Source: Candidatus Latescibacterota bacterium (lineage in GTDB: Bacteria > Latescibacterota > UBA2968 > GCA-2709665). Taken from it: 64,000 nucleotides of DNA. The notes under the pieces were generated by a model. That model ran no database searches and was not told the DNA's origin. It worked only from the letters and a program-made list of their open reading frames with translations. Of the stretch, positions 1 through 8,872 are shown piece by piece. Each line of letters opens with the position of its first letter. Within the stretch, counting starts at the first letter, position 1. The position numbers and the translations under genes were made by a program. Where the stretch lies: contig OZ252100.1 of assembly GCA_965248435.1 (NCBI GenBank), positions 1,216,001-1,280,000 of the forward strand, given 5' to 3'.

Positions 1-1038
1 CAGGAACGGAACTATATTCACCACTTGCTTCTGCACAACTGTTTTTCGACTGAAATCCAGCACTTGCCGAATCAGCTGAGAAGCTCTTTCTCCCTGATTC
101 ATGATTGTTTCCAGTTCTTCCTTAGCAGAACCAGAGATGTCTTGCTTGTAGAGAAGCATCTGGGCGGTCCCCATAATTACTGTGAGCAAGTTGTTAAAAT
201 CATGCGAGATACCCGCTGCCATTTGACCAACAGCAGCAAGCCTTTCCTGCTCTTTTGCTCTCTCCTCCCTCTGTTTTTCTTCTATAATGTCACGTGAAAC
301 TCCCATCACACCTACAGCCTCACCCTGGGCGTTACGTAGAATAGAGGCGGACATACGGCTCGGGAAAAGCTCGCCGTTCTTCCGTTTGTTCACCACTTCC
401 TTCACAAGCCTACCTCTTTGTATTGTTGTTCTGTGCACATTGTGCCCTTCATCAGCTTCAGCATACAGCAAGCTTACGTGTTTACCCAAGACATCTTCTG
501 ACCGATACCCAAATGTCTCCTGCGCCGCTCTGTTAAATTCTGTGATGCGTCTGTCGTTGTCGACTGCAATGATCATGTCCAGGGAGCTGTCGATGATATT
601 TCTCGAATATTCTTGCGACGCCTTTAACGCTTCCTCTACCTGCTTTCGCCTGCTGATATCCCGAGTGATGCCAAAGAGACCGGTCACCTGCCCCTTCTTG
701 TCCTTTATTGGCACTTTGGTGTTTGAATACCACCGCACGCTTCCATCTTTCTTAACCATCTTGACATCAAGGTCAACTATAGAGAGTCCAGACTTAATAA
801 CCTCTTGTTCAGCACTATAAGCCTGAGTTGATATCTTGTCCGTGAGGAAATCAAAAGATGTTTTGCCGATGGCGTCCTGCGGATCTTCTATGCCCAAGAT
901 CTCCTGAGCTTGCGTCCTGTTGATCTTAACGAATCGAGAAGCAGTGTCTTTAAAGTAGATGGCGTCAGGACTGTAGTCCATCAACGCTTGTAACAGCTCG
1001 AGTTCCTGCTTCAGATGCTCTTCGTTGTGTTGGCTCAC
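1..1038 (-). CDS. PAS-PAS sensor histidine kinase (3' end outside window)
   Basis: Not in ORF track; translated by hand from GTG at 1038 (SD-like AAGGGGG upstream). Shows PAS motifs (MDYSPDAIYFKD; IIDSSLDMIIAVD), PAC ends (GITRDISRRK; GVSRDIIEKK) and HisKA H-box GQMAAGISHDFNNLL. Frame stays open to position 1. Confidence 0.9.
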   Translation of the reverse strand, partial: MSQHNEEHLKQELELLQALMDYSPDAIYFKDTASRFVKINRTQAQEILGIEDPQDAIGKTSFDFLTDKISTQAYSAEQEVIKSGLSIVDLDVKMVKKDGSVRWYSNTKVPIKDKKGQVTGLFGITRDISRRKQVEEALKASQEYSRNIIDSSLDMIIAVDNDRRITEFNRAAQETFGYRSEDVLGKHVSLLYAEADEGHNVHRTTIQRGRLVKEVVNKRKNGELFPSRMSASILRNAQGEAVGVMGVSRDIIEEKQREERAKEQERLAAVGQMAAGISHDFNNLLTVIMGTAQMLLYKQDISGSAKEELETIMNQGERASQLIRQVLDFSRKTVVQKQVVNIVPFL

Positions 1039-1237
1039 AGTGACCCCCTTTGAGCTAGCTTTTCAACACTCAAACAAACTTGCTCTTGATGCGTATTCGT
1101 AGCCACAAATCAAGATGATTTTATTCCTACAAATCATCCACCTCTGTAGCATTCAGACGGCATATGTTGCATGGTGCAACTTTCAGTCCGAAAAAAATAT
1201 GGATTAGCAAACCTCTGCTGAAACAATCTGGAATCTG

Positions 1238-1410
1238 AAAAACAATCGAGGGCACCACCATGGCACAGTGGTTAGACGCCCCCGATCGTCTACCTGCGTA
1301 ACTGCTCGGCTACTCAGAAGAAAATAAAAAAGGCCACACTTCCCCAACGAAAGTGCAGCCGCCAAGCTGTTCCGCATAGGAATATATGGAGCAGTCTAAA
1401 CTTTGTCCAA
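1238..1410 (-). promoter_or_regulatory. Promoter (TTGGAC-18-TATATT) followed by two tandem intrinsic-terminator-like hairpins upstream of the kinase
   Basis: -35 at 1405-1410 and -10 at 1381-1386. Hairpin GGCTGCACTTT/GAAGTGTGGCC plus T-tract (1321-1360). Second hairpin CGATCGGGGGCG/TGCCCTCGATTG plus TTTTT (1238-1288). Confidence 0.55.
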
Positions 1411-1460
1411 GGCAATAATCATAAATTCTCTCCTTTTATTTTGAAATTGTTCAAGGAGCG

Positions 1461-1490
1461 GCACTACTGTTTACGAATCCGCACAAGAAA
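1461..1490. repeat. 30-bp dispersed repeat, copy A
   Basis: GCACTACTGTTTACGAATCCGCACAAGAAA matches 4660-4689 at 27/30 positions. Confidence 0.8.
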
Positions 1491-1599
1491 TGCTCTGATT
1501 AAGATCCAATACTCTTTATTTTGACCAGAATCACTTACTATGGACGCACCAAAAAGTAGAATTCTTGATGCCGGACTTGAGACGAGAAATTTCATATAC

Positions 1600-2178
1600 C
1601 TAATCGCCACTAGCCGACAGCTTCTTTAAAGCCCAATCAGTAATAGCAAGGATATCAGCAAGCACAAATGGTTTCTGCAAATAATAGCTCGCGCCTAACT
1701 CCAGGATTCCTCTACGCACCATTGAATAAGTTCCAGGTCCAGAGTTAAGGATGATCTTCGAGTGAGGAGAAGTTTCCTTTATAGCCTCCACTACTTGTAA
1801 TCCAGAAACGTATATTGCTTCATCACCAAGTTTTATGTCGACAAAGGCAATGTCTACAGTCAGATTATTTATGAGAGACATGGCTGTCTGACCGGAAGAA
1901 CAAACGAAAATGGCGTCTTCAGGATAACCGAATTCTACCAACGCAGATTTCAGAAAGTCAGTTACTTGCTCGTCATCATCCACTATGAGAAGTATTGGTG
2001 CCCTGGCAATGAAATTCAATCTATCTGGTAATGCCAAGGCTTGCTCAAGATCTCTTGACTTAAAAATCTGAATTAGGTTTTCCAAGTCTTCATACTGTTG
2101 CATTTCAGGATCTATCTTAGCTTCTTCATAGCATCTAATGCTAAATTCGTGAGACATCCTTTCTCCCATACAAAGCAA
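1600..2178 (-). CDS. Response regulator receiver protein with N-terminal extension
   Basis: LLIVDDDE, phospho-Asp in IAFVDIKL, conserved S, YYLQKPF. Confidence 0.85.
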   Translation of the reverse strand: MLCMGERMSHEFSIRCYEEAKIDPEMQQYEDLENLIQIFKSRDLEQALALPDRLNFIARAPILLIVDDDEQVTDFLKSALVEFGYPEDAIFVCSSGQTAMSLINNLTVDIAFVDIKLGDEAIYVSGLQVVEAIKETSPHSKIILNSGPGTYSMVRRGILELGASYYLQKPFVLADILAITDWALKKLSASGD

Positions 2179-2194
2179 AAAGTCTTCTCATCTG

Positions 2195-2905
2195 CTAATC
2201 AATGTTTTGTCCAAATTTTACGCGGTATTCGCTAGGAGACATCCCTTCGAGTCTATGGAAAGTAGCTGTAAGATGACGGTAATTCCTAAAGCCGCATCTT
2301 TGTGCAACTATATGAAGTCGTTCATTGCTGGATTTCATAAGTGCTTTTGCTTTCTCAACACGATAGTATGCTAATCGTCTTCTAAATGTCATCCCAATGT
2401 GTTCTTTGAACAACTTAGATACATATCTATCTGAAATTTTGAAGTTCCTGGAAATATCACCTAATATTAATTCAGAATTAGATGCGTTGGCCCTAACAAA
2501 AGCATCTAACTCACTGGCCAGTGGGTGTTCTGATGGATAATGCTTCGCGAGCAACCTCTCAATAGCATCTATTAACTCTTCTGCCTTGAATGGTTTTGTC
2601 AGAAAGTCCTTAGCACCGCTTCTCATTGCTTTTACGGTCCTAGGTATGGTGCCGTGCCCTGTTAAAATAAGTACATCAGTTTCAATCCCTCTCTCTTGAG
2701 CTGCCTGCAAAACCTGCATACCGCAAATGTGTGGCATCCTTAGGTCCAAAACAGCCACGTCAAAGTGCTTGCTAGAGAGAAGATCAAGTGCCTCTCTACC
2801 ATCCCTGGCTAATTCAACAACCCAGGATTGAGAGCTGAGTGCTTGTGTGATGAACTCAAGAACTATGGGCTCATCATCTGCTATGAGAATTCTGGGCTGT
2901 GGCAT
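2195..2905 (-). CDS. Response regulator, REC + AraC-type HTH (paralogue 1)
   Basis: ILIADDEP, VLDLRMP, LTKPF; C-terminal AraC signature VAQRCGFRNYRHLTATFHRLEGMSPSEYR. Start set at ATG 2905 by comparison with the paralogue at 5758-6492. Confidence 0.92.
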   Translation of the reverse strand: MPQPRILIADDEPIVLEFITQALSSQSWVVELARDGREALDLLSSKHFDVAVLDLRMPHICGMQVLQAAQERGIETDVLILTGHGTIPRTVKAMRSGAKDFLTKPFKAEELIDAIERLLAKHYPSEHPLASELDAFVRANASNSELILGDISRNFKISDRYVSKLFKEHIGMTFRRRLAYYRVEKAKALMKSSNERLHIVAQRCGFRNYRHLTATFHRLEGMSPSEYRVKFGQNID

Positions 2906-3006
2906 CTGACTGCTCTTTTTGATTCTCAATTTCCATCTTGGAAACGCCCTGACCTCTGTCAATTCTTGCCCCAAAGCAGATAATTATCTTACGATAGATC
3001 TCCTCC

Positions 3007-3369
3007 TTATATCAAATACACCTTGGCGGCTGCATCTAAGCAGTCCTCTATTGTTCCTTCTTGAAGATCTCTATAATTGCTGTACTTTTGAATGTCAGAC
3101 TTGTAGATCAGAAATCTCCACTTATTAGGTCCCAAATACTCCAGCCTGGCTAATCTGGCTATTCCTCTTACACTACCCATTTTGAAGATCCTTCCAACAA
3201 GACCTTCTTTCTCCTCCTTCACTACTTCTAGAAAGAGATGGTTGCCTTTGAAGTGTCCGCGAATCTCTTTCACCCCTTGCCTTCCTATGTAGTGTTTCTT
3301 AGCGTGAGTTTCTAATCGACTGAGTGTCAGCTTCTTGTTTTCATCAGAAGGAATACTAACGGGTGACAT
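3007..3369 (-). CDS. Conserved-looking hypothetical protein (possibly DUF3024-like)
   Basis: 120-aa ORF with SD (AAAGGA), co-oriented in the gene string; motif ARLEYLGPNKWRFLIY...GTIEDCLD. Confidence 0.6.
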   Translation of the reverse strand: MSPVSIPSDENKKLTLSRLETHAKKHYIGRQGVKEIRGHFKGNHLFLEVVKEEKEGLVGRIFKMGSVRGIARLARLEYLGPNKWRFLIYKSDIQKYSNYRDLQEGTIEDCLDAAAKVYLI

Positions 3370-3414
3370 CCTTGGCTATCCTTTCCAGATCAGTGACATT
3401 TGCATCTGGTTAGA

Positions 3415-3780
3415 TCAGCGAAGAGCCTTTTGAACAGCTTCAATCAAGCCTGAAAGCCCGAAGGGTTTTGGAAGGAAATGTCTAATACCTAACTTTCTTA
3501 GATGTTCAATTAGAGAATTGTTCAGATAGCCAGATATTATGAGCACTGGGGTTTCTAGATCCTGACGTTCAAAAAGCTGGGCCACGTCTGTTCCATCAAT
3601 ACCCGGCATATTTAGGTCTAGTGTAATAAGTCCGTAATCACCTGACAGGGCATTTTCAATACAGGTGGCTAGATGAGGCTTGGCATCCACTTCATAACCA
3701 CAGCCTGTCAAAAGCGTTTCAATTACGTCGCGAATACCTTCCTCGTCTTCAACCATTAAAATTCGTTTAGCTTTCGACAT
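3415..3780 (-). CDS. Single-domain response regulator (CheY-like)
   Basis: ILMVEDEE, ITLDLNMP, IISG, LPKPF. Confidence 0.92.
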   Translation of the reverse strand: MSKAKRILMVEDEEGIRDVIETLLTGCGYEVDAKPHLATCIENALSGDYGLITLDLNMPGIDGTDVAQLFERQDLETPVLIISGYLNNSLIEHLRKLGIRHFLPKPFGLSGLIEAVQKALR

Positions 3781-3965
3781 TAAAATATCAGAGATTTAAT
3801 TGACGGACAAAGAACACTAATATAAGTTTCCCTGATCAGGTACTTATAGCCCGTGACAAGAGTCACATTGTAACCCTACTGGCAATCTTTTTTCTACAGA
3901 ACTGAAACAATTGTTCGGGTTTCTGCATCTCTTGGTCATGTATCTGAACAATTTCAACCAGCCAA

Positions 3966-3999
3966 CAAAAAAGCCGAAGATTAAACAAAATCCCGGCTC
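3966..3999 (-). terminator. Intrinsic terminator downstream of merR
   Basis: GAGCCGGGA-loop-TCTTCGGCT followed by a T-tract on the minus strand. Confidence 0.6.
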
Positions 4000-4119
4000 T
4001 AGATTGACGATATATCAAAGAGAAGTTGCCAATACTACCTCCATAGCAAAGGCGCTGGGTTATCTTCTTCCAGCGCCTTTGCTCCTCAGATCGGGATAGT
4101 AATAAGCTCAGTCTCAGTC

Positions 4120-4551
4120 CTAGGCAGAACTTCCTGAATCATCTTCTAAGGCTTCGAGAATAGGGCATTCGCTAGTAGGACCACGGCCAGAGCAGAGAGC
4201 AATTAGCTTGGAAAGTGCCTGTTTCATTGCCTGAAGGGTTTGGACCCTATCTTCAATATCATCGACTTTAGCGTTTGCCTTTTTTCTGACTTGATCACAA
4301 GTCCTATCTGAATCTACCCGTAATTCAAGTAGCTCTGAGATCTCATTAAGGGTGAAGCCCAGTCCCTGGGCACGCTTGATGAACCTGATCCTCGAAACAT
4401 CCTCCTGAGAGTATTCCCGGTGACCAGACGCCTTTTTAGGCGGCTGAGACACGAGTCCCCGTCGCTGATAATAGCGAATTGTTTCAACGTTCACCTCGAC
4501 CTTCTTAGCGACTTGACCAATCTTTAGCGTTTTAACTTTCTCAGCCATCAT
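4120..4551 (-). CDS. merR: MerR-family heavy-metal-responsive regulator (Hg(II)-type Cys triad)
   Basis: IGQVAKKVEVNVETIRYYQRRGL, FIKRAQGLGFTLNEI; C85/C120/C129 have the same spacing as Tn501 MerR C82/C117/C126. Confidence 0.9.
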   Translation of the reverse strand: MMAEKVKTLKIGQVAKKVEVNVETIRYYQRRGLVSQPPKKASGHREYSQEDVSRIRFIKRAQGLGFTLNEISELLELRVDSDRTCDQVRKKANAKVDDIEDRVQTLQAMKQALSKLIALCSGRGPTSECPILEALEDDSGSSA

Positions 4552-4555
4552 AAAA

Positions 4556-4586
4556 AATATAATGCCGTACCTAGGTACAGAATCAA
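4556..4586 (-). promoter_or_regulatory. MerR-type promoter/operator
   Basis: TTGATT - 19-bp spacer CTGTACCTAGGTACGGCAT - TATATT. The dyad GTAC-CTAG-GTAC resembles the mer operator CCGTAC-N4-GTACGG. Confidence 0.85.
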
Positions 4587-4659
4587 GACAAATCTTGGAA
4601 TTTCGAAGTGCTTTAGCGAAGTTTCCTCAAACGCCCGCTCCTCTTAGGTTCACTTTTCC

Positions 4660-4747
4660 GCACTCTTGTTTACGAATCGGCACAAGAAAAGGCGCTGGCC
4701 TTTAACGGCCAACGCCTTAACCAAAACAAGGGGTCTTCTGTCGCTTC
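4660..4747 (-). repeat. Dispersed element copy B: terminator hairpin plus 30-bp conserved tail
   Basis: Minus strand GAAGCGACAGAAGACCCCTTG...AAGGCGTTGGCC/GGCCAGCGCCTT-TTCTTGTGCCGATTCGTAAAC; homologous to 5676-5754 and 1461-1490. Confidence 0.7.
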
Positions 4748-5100
4748 TTTGTTTTTATCGACTGTAATTCGAAAACATTTAGTCCTTGAAGCCTTCACCA
4801 AAGAACTTTAAAATTGAATCGGGATCGGGCTTCTTTGTCAAAGTACTTTGAAAGAGAAGAAACAAGTTCACGATTATGGGAGAGTATTGCTATCTATTAT
4901 TCTCAACTTTTTCTAAACTAGAAATAGGTAATCGTGTCATTGATCTTCTGGAGTTTCAACTGTTGCTTTATCTCCAGAAATAGAAAGCACTTTGCAAGGC
5001 TCACAAAGAGTACCATTCTCATCAACGAATTCAACAAAGTCCCCAGGTTTCAGCTCAGTTGCCATATTTTCTCTAAGCTTCACGATAAACTTCTAAATCA

Positions 5101-5460
5101 TCAATCCTCTTCCAATAGTTGTCTTACAACTTCCAGCAGTGCTTTCATACGAAGGGGTTTTTCAAGGATGCGATCAGCTCCTAATTCCTTAGCCTTGAGA
5201 AGCACTTCTTGTCCTCCAGCACCTACCGCAATGATTCTTACTTTCGGATAGTCTTTTCTAAGCTCCGTTATAACATCTAGCCCATCTTTCCTTGGCATAA
5301 AAATATCTGTGATAACTAGATCTGCTTGCTCCTGATGGAATAGACGTAGTCCCTCCTCACCATCAAGTGCTTCCGTGACTTGATGCCCCCTTGTGTGAAG
5401 CATTTCCCGCAACACTTCCCGGTTCGTCAGTTCATCTTCAATAACAAGGATGCGTGCCAA
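5101..5460 (-). CDS. Single-domain response regulator
   Basis: ILVIEDEL, VITDIFMP, LEKPL. Confidence 0.92.
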   Translation of the reverse strand: MARILVIEDELTNREVLREMLHTRGHQVTEALDGEEGLRLFHQEQADLVITDIFMPRKDGLDVITELRKDYPKVRIIAVGAGGQEVLLKAKELGADRILEKPLRMKALLEVVRQLLEED

Positions 5461-5533
5461 TCCAAATTACCATTTCTCCCCGACCAATATGCTTTCTCTA
5501 CTAGCATCTCCATTGAAGCTAGTGTTTTGATGC

Positions 5534-5641
5534 AAATAAAAGACCAGAGACGCCGCCATCCTCATAGAAACGCCTCCGGCCATATACCCCCGACCTGCCG
5601 CCAAACTAAACTCAATATAATCCTCAATTTTTAATAGTCAA
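5534..5641 (-). promoter_or_regulatory. Promoter (TTGACT-16-TATATT) + short leader + terminator
   Basis: Leader contains GTCGGGGG; hairpin GGCCGGAGGCGTT/GGCGTCTCTGGTC followed by TTTTATTT. Confidence 0.55.
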
Positions 5642-5675
5642 CCTGTAAAAATGGTCGGTCAAGAAACAGATTTGG

Positions 5676-5754
5676 TTCGAAACCTGCACAAAAAAGAGGC
5701 GCTAACTCTCCAACACCAGCGCCCTTCCTCAATCAAGGGGTCTCTTGCCACTTC
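5676..5754 (-). repeat. Dispersed element copy C (terminator of REC-AraC paralogue 2)
   Basis: GAAGTGGCAAGAGACCCCTTG...AAGGGCGCTGG...TAGCGCCTCTTTTTTGTGCAGGTTTCGAA aligns by eye with 4660-4747. Confidence 0.65.
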
Positions 5755-5757
5755 ATA

Positions 5758-6492
5758 TCATCTGATGCTTAGCTCGTGAGACACCTTGTCCTTTAGGATG
5801 AAATCCCTGCGAAACCCTCTTGGAGTTATTCCCTCTAATCTTTGGAAAGTAGACGTAAGCTGGCGATAATTTCTAAAACCGCACTTCTCTGCAATTACAT
5901 AAAAAGGCTCATCGCTGCACCTAATGAGATGCTTTGCCCTTTTTACGCGATAGAAGGCCAAGCGTCTTCTGAATTTCATTCCCACTTCATTTCTAAATAA
6001 TCTGGATGCATATCTCGTTGAGATCCCGAAATGCGCGCATATGTCACCTAACTTCAACCCAGGCTCTGAATAGTGGTCTCTCACAAAAGCTTCCAATTTA
6101 TTTGCAAGTGGATGCGTTGATGAATGACGTTTGGCAATCAGGTTCTTTATGGAACCTATTAACTCATCTGCCTTAAAGGGTTTTGTTAGGAAGTCCTTGA
6201 CTCCTTTCTTAATCGCTGAGACAGCAACTTCTACGGTCCCATAGCCTGTCAGAATAAGAAGATCAGTTTCAATTCCTCTCCCTTGCACCTCTTCCAAAAC
6301 CTGCATCCCATTAAGATGTGGCATCTCCAGGTCGAGAACTGCCACATCAAAGTGCTGGCTGGAAAGCAGATCAAGTGCTTCTCTCCCATCTTTTGCTAAT
6401 TCAACAACCCAAGGTTGGGAGCTGAGTGCCTGTCTGATGAACTCAAGAACTGTAGGCTCATCATCGGCTATGAGAATTTTGGGTTGTGGCAT
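5758..6492 (-). CDS. Response regulator, REC + AraC-type HTH (paralogue 2)
   Basis: Highly similar to 2195-2905 (MPQPKILIADDEP...DVAVLDLEMP...AEKCGFRNYRQLTSTFQRLEG). Confidence 0.92.
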   Translation of the reverse strand: MPQPKILIADDEPTVLEFIRQALSSQPWVVELAKDGREALDLLSSQHFDVAVLDLEMPHLNGMQVLEEVQGRGIETDLLILTGYGTVEVAVSAIKKGVKDFLTKPFKADELIGSIKNLIAKRHSSTHPLANKLEAFVRDHYSEPGLKLGDICAHFGISTRYASRLFRNEVGMKFRRRLAFYRVKRAKHLIRCSDEPFYVIAEKCGFRNYRQLTSTFQRLEGITPRGFRRDFILKDKVSHELSIR

Positions 6493-6632
6493 CTAGCTAC
6501 TCTTTTGATTCTTAATTTCCGTCCTGAAAATACTCTGATCTTGTTGCTTCGTGCAAGTCGGCGCCTTAGAGGTCTCCTCTTGTCACTTCAATATATTTAT
6601 CGTCTGTGATCCTTGGTAATCCAATGCTTAAT

Positions 6633-7004
6633 TTATTCCTCTCCCATAACATCCTCAATAGCCTTACTTAAATCTTGAAGCTTAAATGGCTTTTGAAGAA
6701 AGCTAAGTGCTCCAGCTTCTTTAGCTGGTTCTGCTATCTCTTCGGAGAATATACCAGAGATGGCAATTATTCTCGCTCCATTATCATAGCTCTTTAGTTC
6801 TTTAATCACTTCAAGCCCGTCTTTTCCTGGCAATCCCATATCTACGAACACCACGTCTGGATTTTCTTGATGGTAAAGCTCAATACCTTCCTCTCCATTA
6901 TGCGCCAGATAAACTTCATAACCCTCTGAATTCAAGCTGCTCTTGAACAGCTCTCTAACTGGAGCGTTATCATCTATCACAAGAATTGTTGGGAGCCGAG
7001 ACAG
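6633..7004 (-). CDS. Single-domain response regulator
   Basis: TILVIDDN (in frame upstream of the ORF-track start; possible CTG start at 7004), VFVDMGLP, AISG, LQKPF. Confidence 0.88.
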   Translation of the reverse strand: MSRLPTILVIDDNAPVRELFKSSLNSEGYEVYLAHNGEEGIELYHQENPDVVFVDMGLPGKDGLEVIKELKSYDNGARIIAISGIFSEEIAEPAKEAGALSFLQKPFKLQDLSKAIEDVMGEE

Positions 7005-7009
7005 ATATC

Positions 7010-7375
7010 TTACTTTCCTCCAACAATCCCGGATGCAATTGCTTCACGCAACACACTTGGTTTAAAAGGCTTTTTAAGAACTGCAACAGGTTCTAAATGC
7101 TGTAAGGCTTGCTCAAACTCTGGCAGATGTAAGAACGCTGATAGGATAATGAAAGGAATCTTTTCAGGAAGCATCTCAATGAGTTCTTTACCGTGACACC
7201 CCGGCATCTTCAAATCTGTAATAACAAGCTCAATCTTCTCCTCACCTACTAATATCTGAGAAACCGCATCAAAGCCACTATCCGCCTCAACCAAATCATA
7301 GTGTTGGTCAAGCACGCGATGCAAGAGTTTTCTAAGGTCTACATCATAACCCACTATCAGAATACAAGGTTTCAT
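7010..7375 (-). CDS. Single-domain response regulator with degenerate acidic pocket
   Basis: ILIVGYDV instead of ILxVDD; ITDLKMP, ILSA and LKKPF retained. Confidence 0.85.
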   Translation of the reverse strand: MKPCILIVGYDVDLRKLLHRVLDQHYDLVEADSGFDAVSQILVGEEKIELVITDLKMPGCHGKELIEMLPEKIPFIILSAFLHLPEFEQALQHLEPVAVLKKPFKPSVLREAIASGIVGGK

Positions 7376-7469
7376 CTCTTCGCCTTATTCTCTTTGGACC
7401 ATCTTACTAGCTCATAGAGAAAGATACCGATGCACGGAATTAGCAGAATTAGGAAGGGTGTAAAGCCAT

Positions 7470-7787
7470 TCATTTCTTTCCCTCAGCTTCTCCATCTCTA
7501 GGCTTAGCAAATTCTTCCTTCAACGTCTTTCCAGGTCTAAAACTCACCTTTCTTCGGGCCGGAACATACACTCTCTCTCCAGTGCTCGGATTGCGGGCAT
7601 TGGGATTAGCCCTTACTTCTCGTACTCTCCAAACACCAAACCCTCTAATCTCAATTCTGTCTCCCTGAATAACAGCCTCGGTCATAGCCTTCACTACTGT
7701 ATCCACCATAAGCTTCGCTTTTCTCTGAGTGATGTTGCACTTCTTAGCAATAACTTTACAAAAATCTAGTTTGGTGATTGTTGCCAA
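7470..7787 (-). CDS. HU/IHF-family DNA-binding protein
   Basis: GDRIEIRGFGVW...ARNPSTGE.V.VPARRKVSFRPGKTLK signature. Confidence 0.93.
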   Translation of the reverse strand: MATITKLDFCKVIAKKCNITQRKAKLMVDTVVKAMTEAVIQGDRIEIRGFGVWRVREVRANPNARNPSTGERVYVPARRKVSFRPGKTLKEEFAKPRDGEAEGKK

Positions 7788-7803
7788 CTCTACCTCAGAT
7801 CAT

Positions 7804-7916
7804 AAAGAAAAAGGCACACCTCTCATCAAGTGCACCTCAATAATTCTGGCTTTCTCCCTCCCGATGAGAGAACTGGGATCGACATAAATATATGTTTCGA
7901 CTGTTGGAATTGTCAA
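7804..7916 (-). promoter_or_regulatory. Promoter (TTGACA-18-TATATT) and attenuator-like leader of the HU/IHF gene
   Basis: Hairpin TTCTCTC-ATCGGGA-GGGAGAA; terminator GAGGTGCACTT/AGGTGTGCCTT plus T-tract; alternative 12-bp helix TCTCTCATCGGG/CTTGATGAGAGG. Confidence 0.65.
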
Positions 7917-7936
7917 CTTGAAAGTAGAATCTTTAG

Positions 7937-8242
7937 CTACTCATACCCTTGCTCTTCCACTCTTTGCAGAATTGCCTTAAGCCTTCTACTCATTGTCCGA
8001 ATCAGTTTTGAGTTTTCAAAGTAAAGAAAAGCATCACACACAGCCCCAGGTCCAAAGGCATAGCCTTCACAAGGTGTAAAGTTATCAACTTCAGGAATCC
8101 AGGGCTTGTAATTCGCATCTACCCTTTGTCCTCTGCCACACATCCTCTTCTCTATCTCTCTCGGCAAAATACCTTGGTTGTAAAATCCACAATCACTATG
8201 GTATTTGCATCTTGCTGGCTCTTTGTATTGTTCATCTGGCAT
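7937..8242 (-). CDS. Small Cys-containing hypothetical protein
   Basis: 101-aa ORF with CKYHSDC and other Cys; AT-rich TTTCTTAA box about 23 nt upstream. Confidence 0.55.
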   Translation of the reverse strand: MPDEQYKEPARCKYHSDCGFYNQGILPREIEKRMCGRGQRVDANYKPWIPEVDNFTPCEGYAFGPGAVCDAFLYFENSKLIRTMSRRLKAILQRVEEQGYE

Positions 8243-8368
8243 TCACTCTTAATGGACTTTCCAGCTTAAGAAATTCTTTGCAGGTATTAGTGTAGCGATT
8301 GTAGGACAGAAGATGCAAAAGAGAGGATTAACTCTCTTGGCTTCTGTCTTTCTACTCTCAATACAAAG

Positions 8369-8400
8369 AAAGCAACCTTTATAAAAGCAACCTTTATATA
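8369..8400 (+). promoter_or_regulatory. Tandem 15-bp repeat forming an archaeal-type BRE/TATA box
   Basis: AAAGCAACCTTTATA x2; TTTATATA ends 25 nt before ATG 8426, with no SD. Confidence 0.55.
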
Positions 8401-8425
8401 TACGTTTCCCCCTTCCTTAACATAG

Positions 8426-8872
8426 ATGTTTCATAACAAAGAGAAGGTGATATTTGTAATTCTAAGTCTTGTATTTCTCATAGGTGCTGGGTGTGAACAG
8501 GAAAAGATTGAAAAACTCATTACCGATATTATTGAATGTGAGAACATTCCTAACTTGCATAAGAGGGGTGAGTGTTTAGATGATTTTTATTTGCAGCAGG
8601 CTCTAGATAACGATGATAGTAGTATTTGCAATCTAATTACAGATCCTTCAGTTAGAGAAAGTTGTGAAGCCGCATTTGTCATAGGATTTGAAGAGTCTGT
8701 TGTAGAAAATGCTTTGGCTGATGCAAGCTTGTGTGATGAATTAGAAGAAGAGCTGCGACAAGATTGCCTTGATGATTATTACTTTAACCAGGTTATTGAG
8801 ACTGATGATCTAGGTTTTTGTAATCAAATTAATGATGGAGAACTGAGAAAGGTTTGCCAGGAGCTAGAATGA
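8426..8872 (+). CDS. Putative lipoprotein with acidic Cys-pair repeats
   Basis: Signal peptide ending LIGAGC; repeated C-x2-I-x5-R-x2-C units (CNLITDPSVRESC; CNQINDGELRKVC). Confidence 0.75.
   Translation: MFHNKEKVIFVILSLVFLIGAGCEQEKIEKLITDIIECENIPNLHKRGECLDDFYLQQALDNDDSSICNLITDPSVRESCEAAFVIGFEESVVENALADASLCDELEEELRQDCLDDYYFNQVIETDDLGFCNQINDGELRKVCQELE

Noticed and set aside
25-820. Plus-strand ORFs 25-297 and 287-820, and minus-strand ORF 533-733
   Set aside because: Shadows of the PAS kinase gene.
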